From NCBI GenBank assembly GCA_964016885.1, contig OZ024740.1:359166001-359230000 (forward strand): 64,000 bases of DNA, given 5' to 3'. Below are positions 14,404 to 28,041 of this stretch, in pieces. The notes under the pieces are model-generated. The model had not been told where the DNA came from and made no database searches. It saw only the letters and a program-made list of their open reading frames with translations. Both the position numbers and the translations under genes were made by a program. Every line of letters starts with the position of its first letter. Position 1 is the stretch's first letter. The DNA comes from Eledone cirrhosa (lineage: Eukaryota).

Positions 14404-14592
14404 AGGGTGGTGGGTTGGCAGTATCGGTAGAGGGTCTGACGTAATGCTTTTCAGCAAAGAGTTACAGCCCTTTATGGTCTGCGTTCAAATACCGCCGAGG
14501 TTAACTTTGCCTTTCATCCTTACGGGGTCGATAAAATAAAGCACCAGTAATGCACTGGAGTAATTGCTGGCCTTGTGCCAAAAGTAGAAACA
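14404..14592 (+). mobile_element. Full-length SINE family 1 with 13-bp TSD
   Basis: A-box-like tggcagtatcgg, B-box-like gttcaaatacc, core; TSD attattagtctca at 14391-14403 and 14593-14605. Confidence 0.92.
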
Positions 14593-14889
14593 ATTATTAG
14601 TCTCATTTTATTACTTTGTGTTAATATTCCATACTATACACCTGTACTATGAGGTGAGTTGTTTATTGGTCTCGTATTGATTTCATTTATCATATTTAAT
14701 ATCTCCTAATTTCCAGTTTCGCAAATATTAAATTCTCATAACGTAAATTGGTATAATATAACATCGCTATTGTGGTGCTAGACAAGACATTAAAATATGC
14801 GCCAATTTAATAGTAATTTCTTACTTTTCGAGTGGTTAATAAGGTATTAGAGCTGTTTTCCTGTCAATGTCAGTTTATTATGCCCACAA

Positions 14890-15700
14890 TTGTATACAAC
14901 ATTACAATCAAGAACACAACACTAAATTCGCCTAGTCTTTCACTCGTAGCTACTATGCAGCAGTTCAGGCTTGCAACTATTTGGAAATCGAAGCCATCTC
15001 TACAAAGAGGAAAGATTTTAGCCACCACCACAATTTATACAACGCAATCATTCGAAGCCTAAAAAAAGCCTTCATAAATCACTCTGTCTGTAAGCACTCT
15101 CGCCTCATATATCGTGCCAATCTCCACTATTTTTGCGATATCTTCCTACCCTCTACTTCTCAACCATAATGACTTAGTAAGCATTTTTTTTCATGGAAAA
15201 AGTCATTATTTTTGTTGCTTGCTTTACAGGTTAATCTGCACTGCTCACGCTAGGTAAAACACTTTCAATAATCTCCTTCTGCAAATTCCCAAACATTTCA
15301 ATCCAATATCAGTAATGAAACGGATCAGTAATGAAACGGATCAGTAATGAAACAGCCTCTTTTATTTCCTTCTAGCATCTATGCTTGTCTAGTTGCCAAT
15401 CTTTTCTCACTCGTGACATGTGCTCCTCAATGCATTTATTCTGATCTCTGGAAACATGCGAAGTAATGTCCAATTCCCATGAAAGGCAACCTCCCTTTCC
15501 CCACTAACTATCGAACTATCACTCATATTTCTAACATCTCAAAGCTGATGGAGGAAAGTCATTAACAACGACCTAGGCCAAAATCTGGGATCTCTTTTCC
15601 ACATCAATGCCTACTGGTTTCTTTGGAGACCTGCTCTGTTGTATCGTTCACACTGGGTTTTCACTCTAGAAACATTTGCGAAAAAGGACGTTGTACGTGC
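14890..15700 (+). mobile_element. Decayed CR1/L2-type LINE RT remnant
   Basis: ~15476-15570 translates PMKGNLPFPTNYRTITHISNISKLME (K..NYRPISL..SKLME motif). Confidence 0.55.
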
Positions 15701-16084
15701 CATCAACAAAATAATTTGACTCTCTTGTATGCAACACTCCCAGGTACACTAACTATCTATGGAGTCTCACTCTCTTCTTACCCACACTTTATCGCCTCTG
15801 CTGTGTCACGAGATTCGGTTTATGTTTCTTACACCTTTCACGTACTACTTCAAAAACTACTTGCTCTTACTCCGAACAGCTCACACTAATGTAGATGGTA
15901 CATCCTCCAATGCGTTCATAAAAATCTTTTTTCTTTTTTTTTCAACAACACAGACGTGCAATCCTTGCACATATCAAGGAAAGGCGCTTTCACTCTACCA
16001 GCTCAGGATGGCCAGCCTGCTATATTTGGAGACATATTTACTTCTGTCCTTTACAGGTCGGTTTGTTTGGTGCATATGCATTGA

Positions 16085-16430
16085 TTAGAGTACCAGCTTT
16101 ATGCCGGGTGACATGAGTCGGCCATTGATGCATTTTGCTAAGCTGATTAGGTTGTATGCAATATGTAGTATGATGGGAAAACCAATTCTAGTTATGCTGC
16201 GCCCACACCAAGAGATATAGTCAGCACCACTGTCGGTTGGTTCTCTAAGGAAAAATATATGCCTGATGGTGCGAGATCTCAGATAATCATTATTCGTGTG
16301 TGATTTCGTTTTAATTAGATAGAACTTGTGTAGTATCATGCACACTCTCTCGTCCATAATCCAGTGGGAAAACATAGTCAAGATTGTATGAAATGAGACT
16401 AGATGCAGGAGCTGTCGGAGGCTTGGCAAA
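16085..16430 (-). mobile_element. Decayed RTE LINE, AP-endonuclease region
   Basis: ORF text DSGADYISWCGRS..IGFPI...LAKCINGRLMS resembles RTE/BovB GAGYTFFWSG..GVGFAI...KGINDRLMT. Confidence 0.55.
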
Positions 16431-19400
16431 GTTTGACAAGAAACGACCTGCGAGATTCCTCTCCGATATTCTGACGGCTATTTATCCTTAATTTTCTGCT
16501 ATCCCTTGCACTTACCCTACAGTGAGACTATTTGACTCGTACTTGGAGAACTGTTCTACCCGAAGAAAGTAGGGGTAACGTTTTTGATTTTCAATCTTCT
16601 AGATGGAGATTCTAACTAGAACTTGGAATCAAACAAACGTAGTGATCTTAGTCAGAGCTCGGTCATCAATTTGAGTATTTCTGTTTCCCTGTGCTGTGAG
16701 GCTAGATACTCTGTGTTTGGTCCAACCGGCCCTTGTCAGTTATTGATTTAGTCATATTTGGTTTCTAAACATTCCTCTCACATATTGAACTAGATGATTT
16801 TGCAAGTTAAATCGCCGATTACCTGATCCTGTATCATGTTGCACTGGATTGCATAGAGAGGTGAGTGAACTCTCATGAAGATAGTGGAATATTCGAAAAG
16901 ATAGACCGCTGGCAAAGAGTCTTTATAGTATTTATTTACATATCCGCCCTCTGTTATTTCAAATGCTGCACAGATCGATTCGTATCCCTCCTGGGTTAAG
17001 AGAACAAACCAATTTAATCGACTATAGATTGTGAACTAGTGACGCTTGAAAATGTTTATTAGAATAAAAGATGTTAGAAACAGCAAAGTGCCGCATCAGA
17101 ATTCTTAGGTTCGTCTCACTGTGTTTTACGTTTAAATCCCGCAACTTTCTTTTGACAGCAAGATCTTGCTAATTACAGCCAAAAATGTATTGCAAAACAT
17201 TCTGGACATATCTCAATGTAGTTTAAATAATTAGATAAATGCAACTTTATTTTTTTAAATAAAAATATCCATGTCCAAATAACTCCAATTCTGCGTGATT
17301 AATATTTACTGTTTGCAAAAAGAATCGTATATAAAAGACATCATTAAATTAATTAACTATATATTTGTTTGATCACTTGAAACTCTCTCAACTGAAAACA
17401 ACGCAAATAATAAAATTTTGAAATTATCGGAAATATTTATTTCTATTTTACTGTCGGAATAAAACATTAAAATGTATATAAAATGTTCGAGTTTAGTACA
17501 TAATTCCATAATTAACTGGGAGTGTGGAACAACAGTGCAAAATAGAAATGAAAATAAATCGTGAGCAAAATAGTTTCAATAAAACATTTGCGCGAATTAT
17601 TTAAAAGCTTTTCGATAAATACGGTTTAACAAATTATCATGACCGACGAAGGAAATAATTTCAAGTATGTCAGAAGAATGGTTAGAAATTAGCGCTTCAA
17701 ACTTGTGGGAAAACATACAAGTTCAATAAATGTATTTTAAGATACATATATAACAATATTCAGCAGGGAATTCCAATGTTATTTTTTCAGGAAATACTTT
17801 CTATCAAAATTGTCTGTTTTCCTGTTTTATTTTGACAGCACTTAGAAAATATCATATAATATTCTATTTCTAAACGAGTTAAGCATAGGAACAATACTAA
17901 TTTACGGAAATTTAAGTGCAGTAAAAATCGAAAAATACCTAAAATGAAAGAGAACAAGATTAAATGCCTCATGATATTCAAATTTGACCCATAATATTAC
18001 TCGAGTTAATATGCAAGTTTATTTTTCTTAATAAAAATATCCATGTCCAACTAATTCCAATCTTGCATGATTAATATGGCGTATAATTAGACGGAATATT
18101 AAATGGCGCACATAATTGGCATAGATATGAATACTCGCGTCTTCATTAAGTAGTTGAAATAAACAGACATCTTGTGATTTATTATCAATAAACACAAATG
18201 TAATAAAATAATTCTTATAGTATGTGGAAAGAAAATACTTTTTTTTTCAATCGATTATGGCCTCCAATGAAAATTATATACCTTGTTACTAAGAAAGACC
18301 CCCTTTAAAAAGTATCATTATTCAGTGTGGCAACCCTACGTGACCCTAGCTGCAGTGGCTAAAACAAACTAAACAAATGAAGAACTGCAGCTTAATTTAT
18401 TCTATCTAATAAGAATATATCATTTTACTTTACTTAAAACTAAATGTCAGATACAGTTATGGAACGGGTTAAAACATAGACATAGAACGTTAATCAATAT
18501 ATTAGTTAAACAAAGGCAATTATTAAGCAAAAGCAGTACAATGGCAGATTTAACTCTGCAGTATTCCGTCTAGAACTTCTATATACTGGATTTAAAGGCT
18601 AGTGGTATCGAATTTCTACGTTGTGGGTCGACTTTATTTTTCATCATCGCAGCGTCTATAAAATAAGGTTTGATACTTTGTCGTGTTTGTTATTTGAGGA
18701 TTGTAAAGTTTTTATTGCTTCTGGTGAAATACATCTGATGCTTTAATAAAAATCATTGATTTCTCCATAATTAGACGGAATATTAAATGGATCACACAAT
18801 TGGCATAGATATGAATACGCGTGTCTTCATTAAGTAGTTGAAATAAACAGACATCTTGTGATAAAATAATTCTTATAGTATGTGGAAAGAAAATACGTTT
18901 GTTTGTTAAATTCTGACCTAGATATTCGCTGATGACTAAGGATCCCAATATAGCAGTTTATATTGTTGTAGCCTAGACTCAAATGGTTACTTCACAGCTT
19001 CTTTTCAAAATCACTATTCATGCAATGAAAAAGCTTCAGATTATGCATACAATTGTACATAAAATCTTATCGAATATATACGCTTTTGTTTTGATTCGTA
19101 TTTCTATTGAACTGAAACTATAAGAAAATATAGTCTTGAAAAAATCACATATAGTTAATAGGACTGATAAATTGCTTTGTATCCACATGACTAGTATTTG
19201 CTAGAGACAGAACAGAGTCAACAGAATCGATTCGAGCATATTAATGTTATTTAATTTATGAAGAAAAGGAACAAAACAAAACTTTTCAGGCACTGTTGGT
19301 ATGAATTCGGCTACACTTTGAATGAATTTATAGATACTATATGTTCGATTAACAGGTTGTATTGCACAACCAATAACACTCCTTAAAAAAACATTTAAGC

Positions 19401-20027
19401 GTCCATTCTTTTCATTCTCGCTTCTTAGATAGTTGTTAGTACAATAGGGGCTTGTATACTTGATCTAGAAAGCCAATACATTCTATTCATTTAAATTTAC
19501 GCACTCTGTAATAAGAACAATAGTCATCTAACTGACTATCCTTGGTCAAAGAATGCAAAGAAAATCAACACGGAATTTTGATTAATTACAATTAATTACA
19601 GTAAGTGAGTCTGATCTTTAGTCGTACGGTAATAACTCTGGATGTATCGGTCTAATTAGCCGTCACCAATAAAACATAGCTTAACCCTTACTACACATAG
19701 TAGATGGCAACGTATGAAGTAAATATAGTATTGTCAATGAACAAAAAATGTCCCCATAAAGTACTTGGCTTGCACAAATAATACCCTACCTACTCAGAAT
19801 CGATGATTCCTGGTTATGTCCTTGAATACATTTTATTTCATTTAGCTTCAATTCACATAGCTGGCAAAAATTCGTTGTTCCTGTAATTCAAATGCCAGCC
19901 ACCGTGTCAATGTAGAGATATGTATCAGCATAGAGGATAATTTTAAAGTTTTATTTTCGCATTTTAAGATCCAGCCTTGCCTACAGTTTGCATATCTTTC
20001 AAGCAATACCATACATACATATATATC

Positions 20028-20115
<88 letters not shown>

Positions 20116-20159
20116 TATATGTATATATTTATGTATGTATTTATGTATCTATGTATGTA

Positions 20160-20902
20160 CAGTAGCGGACTGGGTCTAAAAATATTGGGGGCCCACCTAC
20201 ATATAGAATGCTATCATTTAATTTTTATAATGAATAAATAACATTTTCGAAAAATATATAAGTGGAAATAAAATAGTGCAATCAAATTTTTGCGGAAAAA
20301 TATCTTACCTTCTCCAATAAAAAATATTATGTATTTTGCGAAATCCAGGGACTTTCAATAACTACCTTAAATATTACTAATAGCTCTAGGAAAGCCATGA
20401 ACAACACCACAACTTTTTAACTTTGATTTTGAAAGTAGGTTTATAATTATCAATTTTCATTATACTTTTGTAACTGTCTCGGTGGCATAGTTGAAGGAAT
20501 CATGGACGGTGGTGATCCTGGTTGGGAGTAGGGTTCCCAGTAAACTTTCGGTTTATTTTCTATAGATTGTAAAATAAAAACTGAAAAAGGTTACATCTAC
20601 CTCTTTACCAGGATTGAACCAAAGGCCAGGATGTCCACCGTCTCTAGTACCTACCACTAGGCCACAGAGACAACTACAAAAATCTTATGAAAATTCATAG
20701 ATATAAACCTACTTTCAAAATTTTCAAAACAAAATGATGTGGTGTCGTTCATGTCTTTCTTAATGTTATTGTTCCTACTTAAGGTCGATTTCTAAATCAT
20801 TTGGGTGTTCCATAAACTACATCCTCATTTGTTTCTCATATATCTACACTACATTTTAACCTGTAATCCATGTTTCATTTCTGTTCCACCTCATTTCCCC
20901 CC

Positions 20903-20972
<70 letters not shown>

Positions 20973-21074
20973 ATACTTGAATCTACTAAGATTTGGGATT
21001 ACCTTATTCCTATATATATATATATATATATATGTTTTTGCATGTCAGTTAGATTCAAACTTACAATGATTGGC

Positions 21075-21109
<35 letters not shown>

Positions 21110-21322
21110 TGGCGGACTAGGTCTAAAAATATTGGTTGCCAAATGCTACATATAGAATGATATCATTTAATTTTTATAATGAATAAATAACATTTTCAAA
21201 AAATACATAAGTGGAAGCAAAACAGTGCAATCAAATTTTTGCGGAAAAATATCTTAACTCCTCCAATAAAAAATATTATGTATTTTGCGAAATCCAGAGA
21301 CTTTCAATAAGGACCTCAATCA

Positions 21323-21364
<42 letters not shown>

Positions 21365-21871
21365 CTATCTCTCTATATATATACATATATACATACACAC
21401 ACACAGACACCACCTTCACCACTAATTGATTTGATAGATGTCTTTAACCCATTGATACCAAATATTATTTGGTCAGTAGTTCGTGTGTAAGTGTGTGAGC
21501 ATATATATATATATATATATATGCTTGTGTGTCTGTGTCTATATATGTATGTTTGCATGCATGAATGAATACACTAAGCTTCAGATTTAGTAGAATGTAC
21601 AACCACTGATTCCAGCTATTCGCACTATCCTAAATTTTGGTTTCTAGTAATTCCCTGGGGAACTGGTTGACCAAATGCTTTACTTAATTGTTTTATTTAT
21701 TTTTGAAATTTTTTTATTCTGTCTCTTAGATATCAGGTATTTTTTGAAAGCAAAGCATTGGCCCCTAAAATACTACAGTGGGCCCTGCAATGCTACTGTG
21801 GGCTCTTGCAATGCTACTGTGGACCCCTTGAGGCCCACATGCCATTGGGCAACCTGGCCAGTCCGCCACTG
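20160..21871. mobile_element. Non-autonomous hAT-type DNA transposon with 8-bp TSD and duplicated left end
   Basis: TIRs cagtagcggactgg / ccagtccgccactg; TSD tgtatgta at 20152-20159 and 21872-21879; the ~200-bp left end is repeated at 21107-21310. Confidence 0.75.
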
Positions 21872-22479
21872 TGTATGTATATATGGTATTTCCTGAAGAA
21901 TAAGCAGCACTAACAGACATACAGTCTCTAAGACCTATGCTACAGTAATGTTTGAAACCTTAGGTAGCATGCAAATGTGTTGAGACTTTATTTATGATGA
22001 TATAATTTAACTCTGTACTTAACATAGAACGCTCTTTCTCCTTCATTTAGTCTGCGGAAACTCTGTAGGATGTTTCTCCTTGCAGAATCCGTCCCCTCAT
22101 GATAAATCAAACTTTTGTGTTGCCTCAAGATGTGAATGTGTAGGAGTGCCTGTATGTATACCACTTTAAAGGATCTGGTGTATATACTATCTTGTGATCG
22201 TATGATGATATGCGCATTATAGTTGTATGTATATAGGAGGCCTATATGTCAGTGTTTTCTTTTAAGTTGTTTGATGCATGTACATCTGACGAAATACGTG
22301 TATACGTGTCTGTGAAAATAGTTTGGCGTATATTGTATATGTCTGAGTATTTCATAAAATGGTATAAGTATACTTGTGTACCTGCGCATTTCGGTATTAT
22401 TTAAACGGTGTAAGTATGTACTCGAGTGTCTGTTTTATTCATATTTATAATGTGAACCACGAGAACACAATTAATAACA

Positions 22480-22900
22480 ACGATGATTTCTAATTTAGAC
22501 ATAAGGCTAGTAATATGGGGTCAAGGTAAAATCGATTAATTGACACCAGTACTTTAACAGTATCATTTGATCAACCTCAGAAAAAGGAAATGCAAAGTTA
22601 ACCTCTGCAGTATTTGAACTCAAAACGTAAAGAGTCGGAAAAAATTCTGCAAACCATTTGTTCGATTCTCTAACGATTCTGCCAATTCTCCGCCCCCTAC
22701 TATAACAATAATAATTGTTTCTACTTTTGGCACAAGGACAACAATTTAAAGGGAAATTTAAAGTCGATTAAATCGACGTCAGTTTGTTACTGATATTTAT
22801 TTTATCGATCCCCTAAAGCTGAAAGACAAAACGCACCGCAGCGGGATTTGAACACAGAATGTAAAGGGTCAAACTATATGCTGAATTCTACTGATACGAC
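22480..22900 (-). mobile_element. Two tandem older SINE family 1 copies
   Basis: Reverse cores (gcaaagttaacctc; ttttatcgatccc...gggatttgaac) and reverse 3' end ttgtttctacttttggcacaagg. Confidence 0.7.
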
Positions 22901-24622
22901 CAATCTGCTGCACGGATTTTATATATAATAACTATATCCTATTGTGGAGCATAGATGCTAGAGACTGAATTTTTATAACCATTGAATAGAATTAGCCGAA
23001 AAGATAATTTAAATTGGGAATTTTTTCTGCTATTGTAATCTTCCTCACGTTAGCTTATGGAATTTCATAAGTATATTTCGTATTTTATACATTTTAAAAG
23101 CTCAATGAATATCTTTCAACGATTCCAGTGTTATCTATTTATTTAGAACTAACTGAAGCCCTATAAACATTCCTGTCGTTAAAATTTATTTTTCCCATTT
23201 TAGAGAACTGATTCAATTTAATTAATCTGAATCATCTGTTAATATGACTGTCAGTTTATTCTTGCAATCACCCTTCTAATCAACAGTTTCTAACAAGCCA
23301 GTAGTTAGACAATTAGAGGTGTCTAAAAATTCCTGTGGTATTTGACGAAATCTCCTTTATATTTTAAATTCAAACCATGGCGATGTCAATTTTGTCTGTT
23401 GTCCTTCCGAGCAAAATAAAATAAAGTGTCTGCCATAGAAATGAGTCGATAAACCGACTACGCGAGCCAATAAGAGGAGTTATAGAAATAGCAGTCAAGT
23501 GTTCCTTATATGCTGCACTTGACGCAATAATGGAATAGTCATGACCGAAATGTATTTGATCACAGGTCAGCTGATACAGAGGTTGCGGCATTGTTTCCAA
23601 CTTGAATAACTCTCTTCCTGGTGTATTATCGGCAATCGCTTTTTAGATCCCTCATGATAGCTGTTTGTTCTGATAGAGTGAGCTGAATGTGAGAAAGCTG
23701 CATTGGGGCGAATCCTTGACAACAATCATGTGTCCAGAAAAAAAAAGCACTCCCAGCACCCTCTATCGTTAACTAAACAATCGCCCGTTTATGAAGATAT
23801 CTGAAACGAAAATGACAAATCATTAACTCTATTTATCACCTTTCCTGAACTATGAATATATTCTGCTCGATAAGAAACAGATGGTCAATTATTATGAATA
23901 TGAAGAGTTTAAACAGTGGAATATATTGTTAGGTGGGACGAAGGAGAGTAATCAAAGATTTCAGACAGAATAATAATTTAATTATCCTGCATCATTCGTG
24001 AACTTTTCATGATCTTTATGATGAAAAGTTGTACCCGAAACATTAAACTTCACTGAATACACTATATTCTACTGTTTGAAGTCTTTGTATTAGCATTTTC
24101 TGACGCAGAACACCTCAGAATTCTCAAGTTCTAATGTTTTAGTATATAATATACATGGATGGTAGGTTGATTCCAAAAGGTTGTTTTCAATATATTTTAT
24201 TCGCATTTTTGTGTGTAATAATAAACATGCTTGTAGATATATTAACATCATACACGTCTTTCTTTGGCAGAGATTCTGTTATTGCAGAACTAAATATATC
24301 GAATTTAATTACTAAAAACATTTAACGCTCCAGATAACATGAAATTGAAAAATTAAAAATCAATTTATATTCACAATTGTATTCACAGACATATTGAAAT
24401 ATTTAACATTATAATATTTTGTTTCTAAGCACGCCGAGAAAGATTTATATCAATATATATATATATAAATATATGTGTGGGTGTGTGTGTGTGTGTGTAT
24501 GTGTGTGTATGTGTGTGTTATGTATGTGTGTTATGTGTGTATGTGTGTGAGAGGCTGTAGAAATCCGTACATGGAAGATCAAGGAAAACAGTGTTCAATT
24601 TGAGCTTATTTAATATAAACAA

Positions 24623-24825
24623 AGTATAAACAAAGTTTCATACACTTAACATATATGTGCAACCATTGGTTTCGGGGTCCAGTTATGGCCACCACAGTGT
24701 GTCCATGTGCTTGAATGAGGAGCCAGTTTAAAGGTTCCTCCACCAATATACAGTGGTGACCAGAACTAGACCCCGAGATCAATGGTCACATATACATGTT
24801 AGGTTTTTGAAACTTTGTTTATACT
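24623..24825. repeat. Imperfect fold-back (~80-bp arms) between microsatellites
   Basis: agtataaacaaagtttca...ccacagtgt versus atatacagtgg...tgaaactttgtttatact. Confidence 0.75.
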
Positions 24826-25185
24826 ATATATGTGTGTGTGTGTGTGCGTCTGTGTGTATGTGTGAGTGTGTCTGTGCGTGTGTATATGAATGTTTATATC
24901 AATATATATATTGAGTATATAGACATATAAATATGTCAAACTTATATATTTACTCAAAGACTGAGCAATATCTCGAATTTCTTTCAGTTATCTTTTGATA
25001 AGATTTTCCTCTTAATAAATTAACATTATTCATTCTAGTCCATTAATCTATCAATTATATACATATATATATACATGTATATATACATATATATATACAT
25101 ATATATACACATGTATATATACAATTATATATATACATATGTATATATGTATATATGTATATATGTATATATGTGTGTGTGTGTA

Positions 25186-25219
<34 letters not shown>

Positions 25220-25317
25220 AATATATATATATATATATGTATGTGTGTAATATATATATATATATGCGTGTATATATATGTGTGTGTAATATATATATAT
25301 ATATATATATATATACA

Positions 25318-26715
25318 CTCCTAAACAAGAAAGATGAACTGGTTACTGCATGTAAACATAGATTGCGTAGGACTTACCTCGCCCTCAAACCCCATAATGA
25401 CCCGGGGGGGTAGACTAGGGCTATAACACCCCACTTGCCGATTTTGCAATGGGTAACCCCTGCTTGCCAAGGAAGACGTAAGATCTTCTTTGTATTCTTT
25501 TATCGCTTCCTTTATTTCCTTCCCCCCTCTCTCCTTAGTCCTTCTACCCCAGCTCTTCTCCTTTGTCGGCGTCTTTTCTCGCCCACCCGAGGCTGCCCTT
25601 TGGCCCCATGTAGCCTCAGTACCCCTACCACCCCCTCCCCTAGTCTATGATAGATTTGGCGGACTCCGCCCTTTATAGCAGTTGGCTTAGACCCCGGATA
25701 CCTGCCCCCTTTTTCCGACCGCTCCCACTATTCTCTGTGCCCTCTATATTTCTTAGTGGCACTTATGCCTTATTTTTTCGTTTCAGTATTTCTTGCTTCG
25801 CTTTTCTTCTGGGCGGGGTGGATTCTGAATTTATTTCTCCGTATTCTACCTTTATTTCGTACGAACTTTCATGTAGCTTGTTTTAGATCTTTTAGAGTTA
25901 GCATTAGTATATATTTTTCTCGGGACTCAGAATTATTATCTCGTACAAGTTCACTTTGCTGCACTGGGTCGTTGCTGGCCCGGGATGGAAACCTTTATTG
26001 TTTATTTCGTGGTAGTCTCTTTAGTATTTTGGCCCCTTTTGTTGACCCGTCACCGTATCATTTACGTACTTATACCTCTTAAAAGGGTCCTTGCCTTATC
26101 CGTCCCACCTAGTTCTTTTACTTATTTCGTTATTTCTTTATTTATTTATTTCTTTACTTCTTTCTTTCCTTCTTTATTTTATTCTAGCCTAACAATAGCC
26201 TGAGACCTAGGTCGTAGAATTTAATTTACTTTTTTTCTTTACACTTATTTGCTTTTCTTCACTCTCAGTATTTTTTCTTTCCTATATATTTCTACTACCC
26301 CCCCCCCCCATTGTTCTACCTACCGTGCCGACTTCCTCCCCCTCCCCCTCCCCTGTATCTTCTTTGACCTCATGCCCAGCTGTAGCTGGCACTACCAACG
26401 CTTGATTGGGTCTACTCCACCCCCTCCCCTCTTTCTCCTACTGGCAGGTTTAGCCACCATCTCCCCTACTAATTTGCAACCACAGAATTATTACTGATTT
26501 TTGACAATCACTTTGGCCATATATGGAATTACCCCTTGAGAAGATCGGCTATTTAAATACCAGGATAAATTTTCATTTAGTCCAGAATTAGCCGTCGAAA
26601 CGGCTTGAGCTCAGCTGTCGGAGTCTTACTGGTTCCTATTACCCACTCTACTACCTCAAGTATTGAGTACTTTGGTGCGTTATGGTCCACCTGGTTCCTT
26701 ACCACATTTCCTTCG

Positions 26716-26717
<2 letters not shown>
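25318..26717 (+). mobile_element. 5'-truncated Penelope-like element: last ~31 codons of GIY-YIG ORF plus ~1.3-kb 3' UTR, inserted in (TA)n
   Basis: [15 protein letters not shown] matches the Penelope/Naiad C-terminal LLNxRxELxxxCRH motif; hammerhead near the 3' end; both flanks are TA arrays. Confidence 0.75.
26531..26624 (+). ncRNA. Type I hammerhead, U3-A8 core variant
   Basis: acccc-TTGAGAA-ga(t)cggcta...tagccgtc-GAA-acggct(tgagctc)agctgt-C-ggagt. Confidence 0.65.
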
Positions 26718-26772
<55 letters not shown>

Positions 26773-26948
26773 GACATAGTCACAGACATAGTAGCTGTAC
26801 ATCGCGGATGATATCATTTGTCTATTATTTCTTCATAGTTACATTTTAAACTTATAGACTCGTTTAAAAGATTTTTATGTGGTTGATTTATACGGAATAG
26901 GGAGAGGCATTACTGTATATATTTTATTTAATAGTTCTTCAAACTTGC

Positions 26949-27021
<73 letters not shown>

Positions 27022-27071
27022 AATAATGGAGCTGCGCGTTGCAAATGGGATACATATGAAAAAGTAAGTCC

Positions 27072-27142
27072 TTCATCAGTGACCCTCCAACCGTCCCAGG
27101 CATTTCAACGCTTTAAGGGCCATATACCTCAGGTTGGTGCGA
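27072..27142 (-). ncRNA. Putative non-circularly permuted (pseudoknotted) hammerhead ribozyme, copy A1
   Basis: tcgc-a-ccaacc-tg-aggtaT-A-tggccc-ttaaa-gcgt-t-GAAA-tgcct-gggac-ggttgg-a-gggtca-CTGATGA-a. Confidence 0.65.
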
Positions 27143-27707
27143 ACAACGACTAAAAAAAGTCGTTGGGACACGTAAATAAAGGGGACGTTAGGGTGAACAA
27201 ACAAAATGGTTTAAGCAACGGAAAGTGAGAAGAAAGAGACAAGTCCCAGATTTCTATGAATATAAACTCGGTGAAATCGTGAACAAGAGACAAAAGACCA
27301 TCAAACCTGGTTGAAATGTGAGCAAGGAAGGAATTTCGCACAGGTCTAACAGGGGGAAGAAGAAGGGGTCTGGTCTGCGAATTCGGTAAACATAAGTTCT
27401 GTGAAGTCGCAGACGAGAGAGAGAGAGAGAAAAAAAATTCGTACCGGCTTGACCAAGAACGCGCGAGAAAAGAAATCGGAAAGGTCAAGCGGGAAGAAAG
27501 AGGAGGAAAGAGGAGGAGGAGGAGAGGTAGTGACAGAGAATGAGTGAGTGAAAGTTGAGGAGGAGGCTAACAGAGAGAGAGACTGCTAGAAAGGGTAAAG
27601 ATACAAAGAACGAAACAGACGGGTGGCAGCAGAGGAAAAAATATGTGTAAATATGATAATAATGGAGCTGCGCGTTGCCAATGGGATACATATGAAAAAG
27701 TAAGTCC

Positions 27708-27778
27708 TTCATCAGTGACCCTCCAACCGTCCCAGGCATTTCATCGCTTTAAGGGCCATATACCTCAGGTTGGTGCGA
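27708..27778 (-). ncRNA. Putative non-circularly permuted hammerhead ribozyme, copy A2
   Basis: Same as A1 but with gcga, giving a full tcgc/gcga helix. Confidence 0.7.
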
Positions 27779-28041
27779 ACAACGGCTAAAAAAAGTCGTT
27801 GGGACACGTAAATAAAGGGGACGTTAGGGTGAACAAACAAAATGGTTTAAGCAACGGAAAGTGAGAAGAAAGAGACAAGTCCCAGATTTCTATGAATATA
27901 AACTCGGTGAAATCGTGAACAAGAGACAAAAGACCATCAAACCTGGTTGAAATGTGAGCAAGGAAGGAATTTCGCACAGGTCTAACGGGGGGAAGAAGAA
28001 GGGGTCTGGTCTGCGAATTCGGTAAACATAAGTTCTGTGAA

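Larger units (their letters stand above)
27016..28040 (-). repeat. Non-coding tandem repeat, 636-bp unit (1.6 copies), 3' end abutting (TA)n
   Basis: 27016-27404 recurs almost identically at 27652-28040. Confidence 0.9.

Noticed and set aside
14404-14500. tRNA gene
   Set aside because: The A/B-box-like motifs belong to the SINE head; no cloverleaf can be built.
11728-15352. Short triple repeats (tgtatgcacataaa at ~11728-11770; tcagtaatgaaacgga at ~15309-15352) as CRISPR-like arrays
   Set aside because: There are no spacers and the context is eukaryotic; these are simple slippage duplications.
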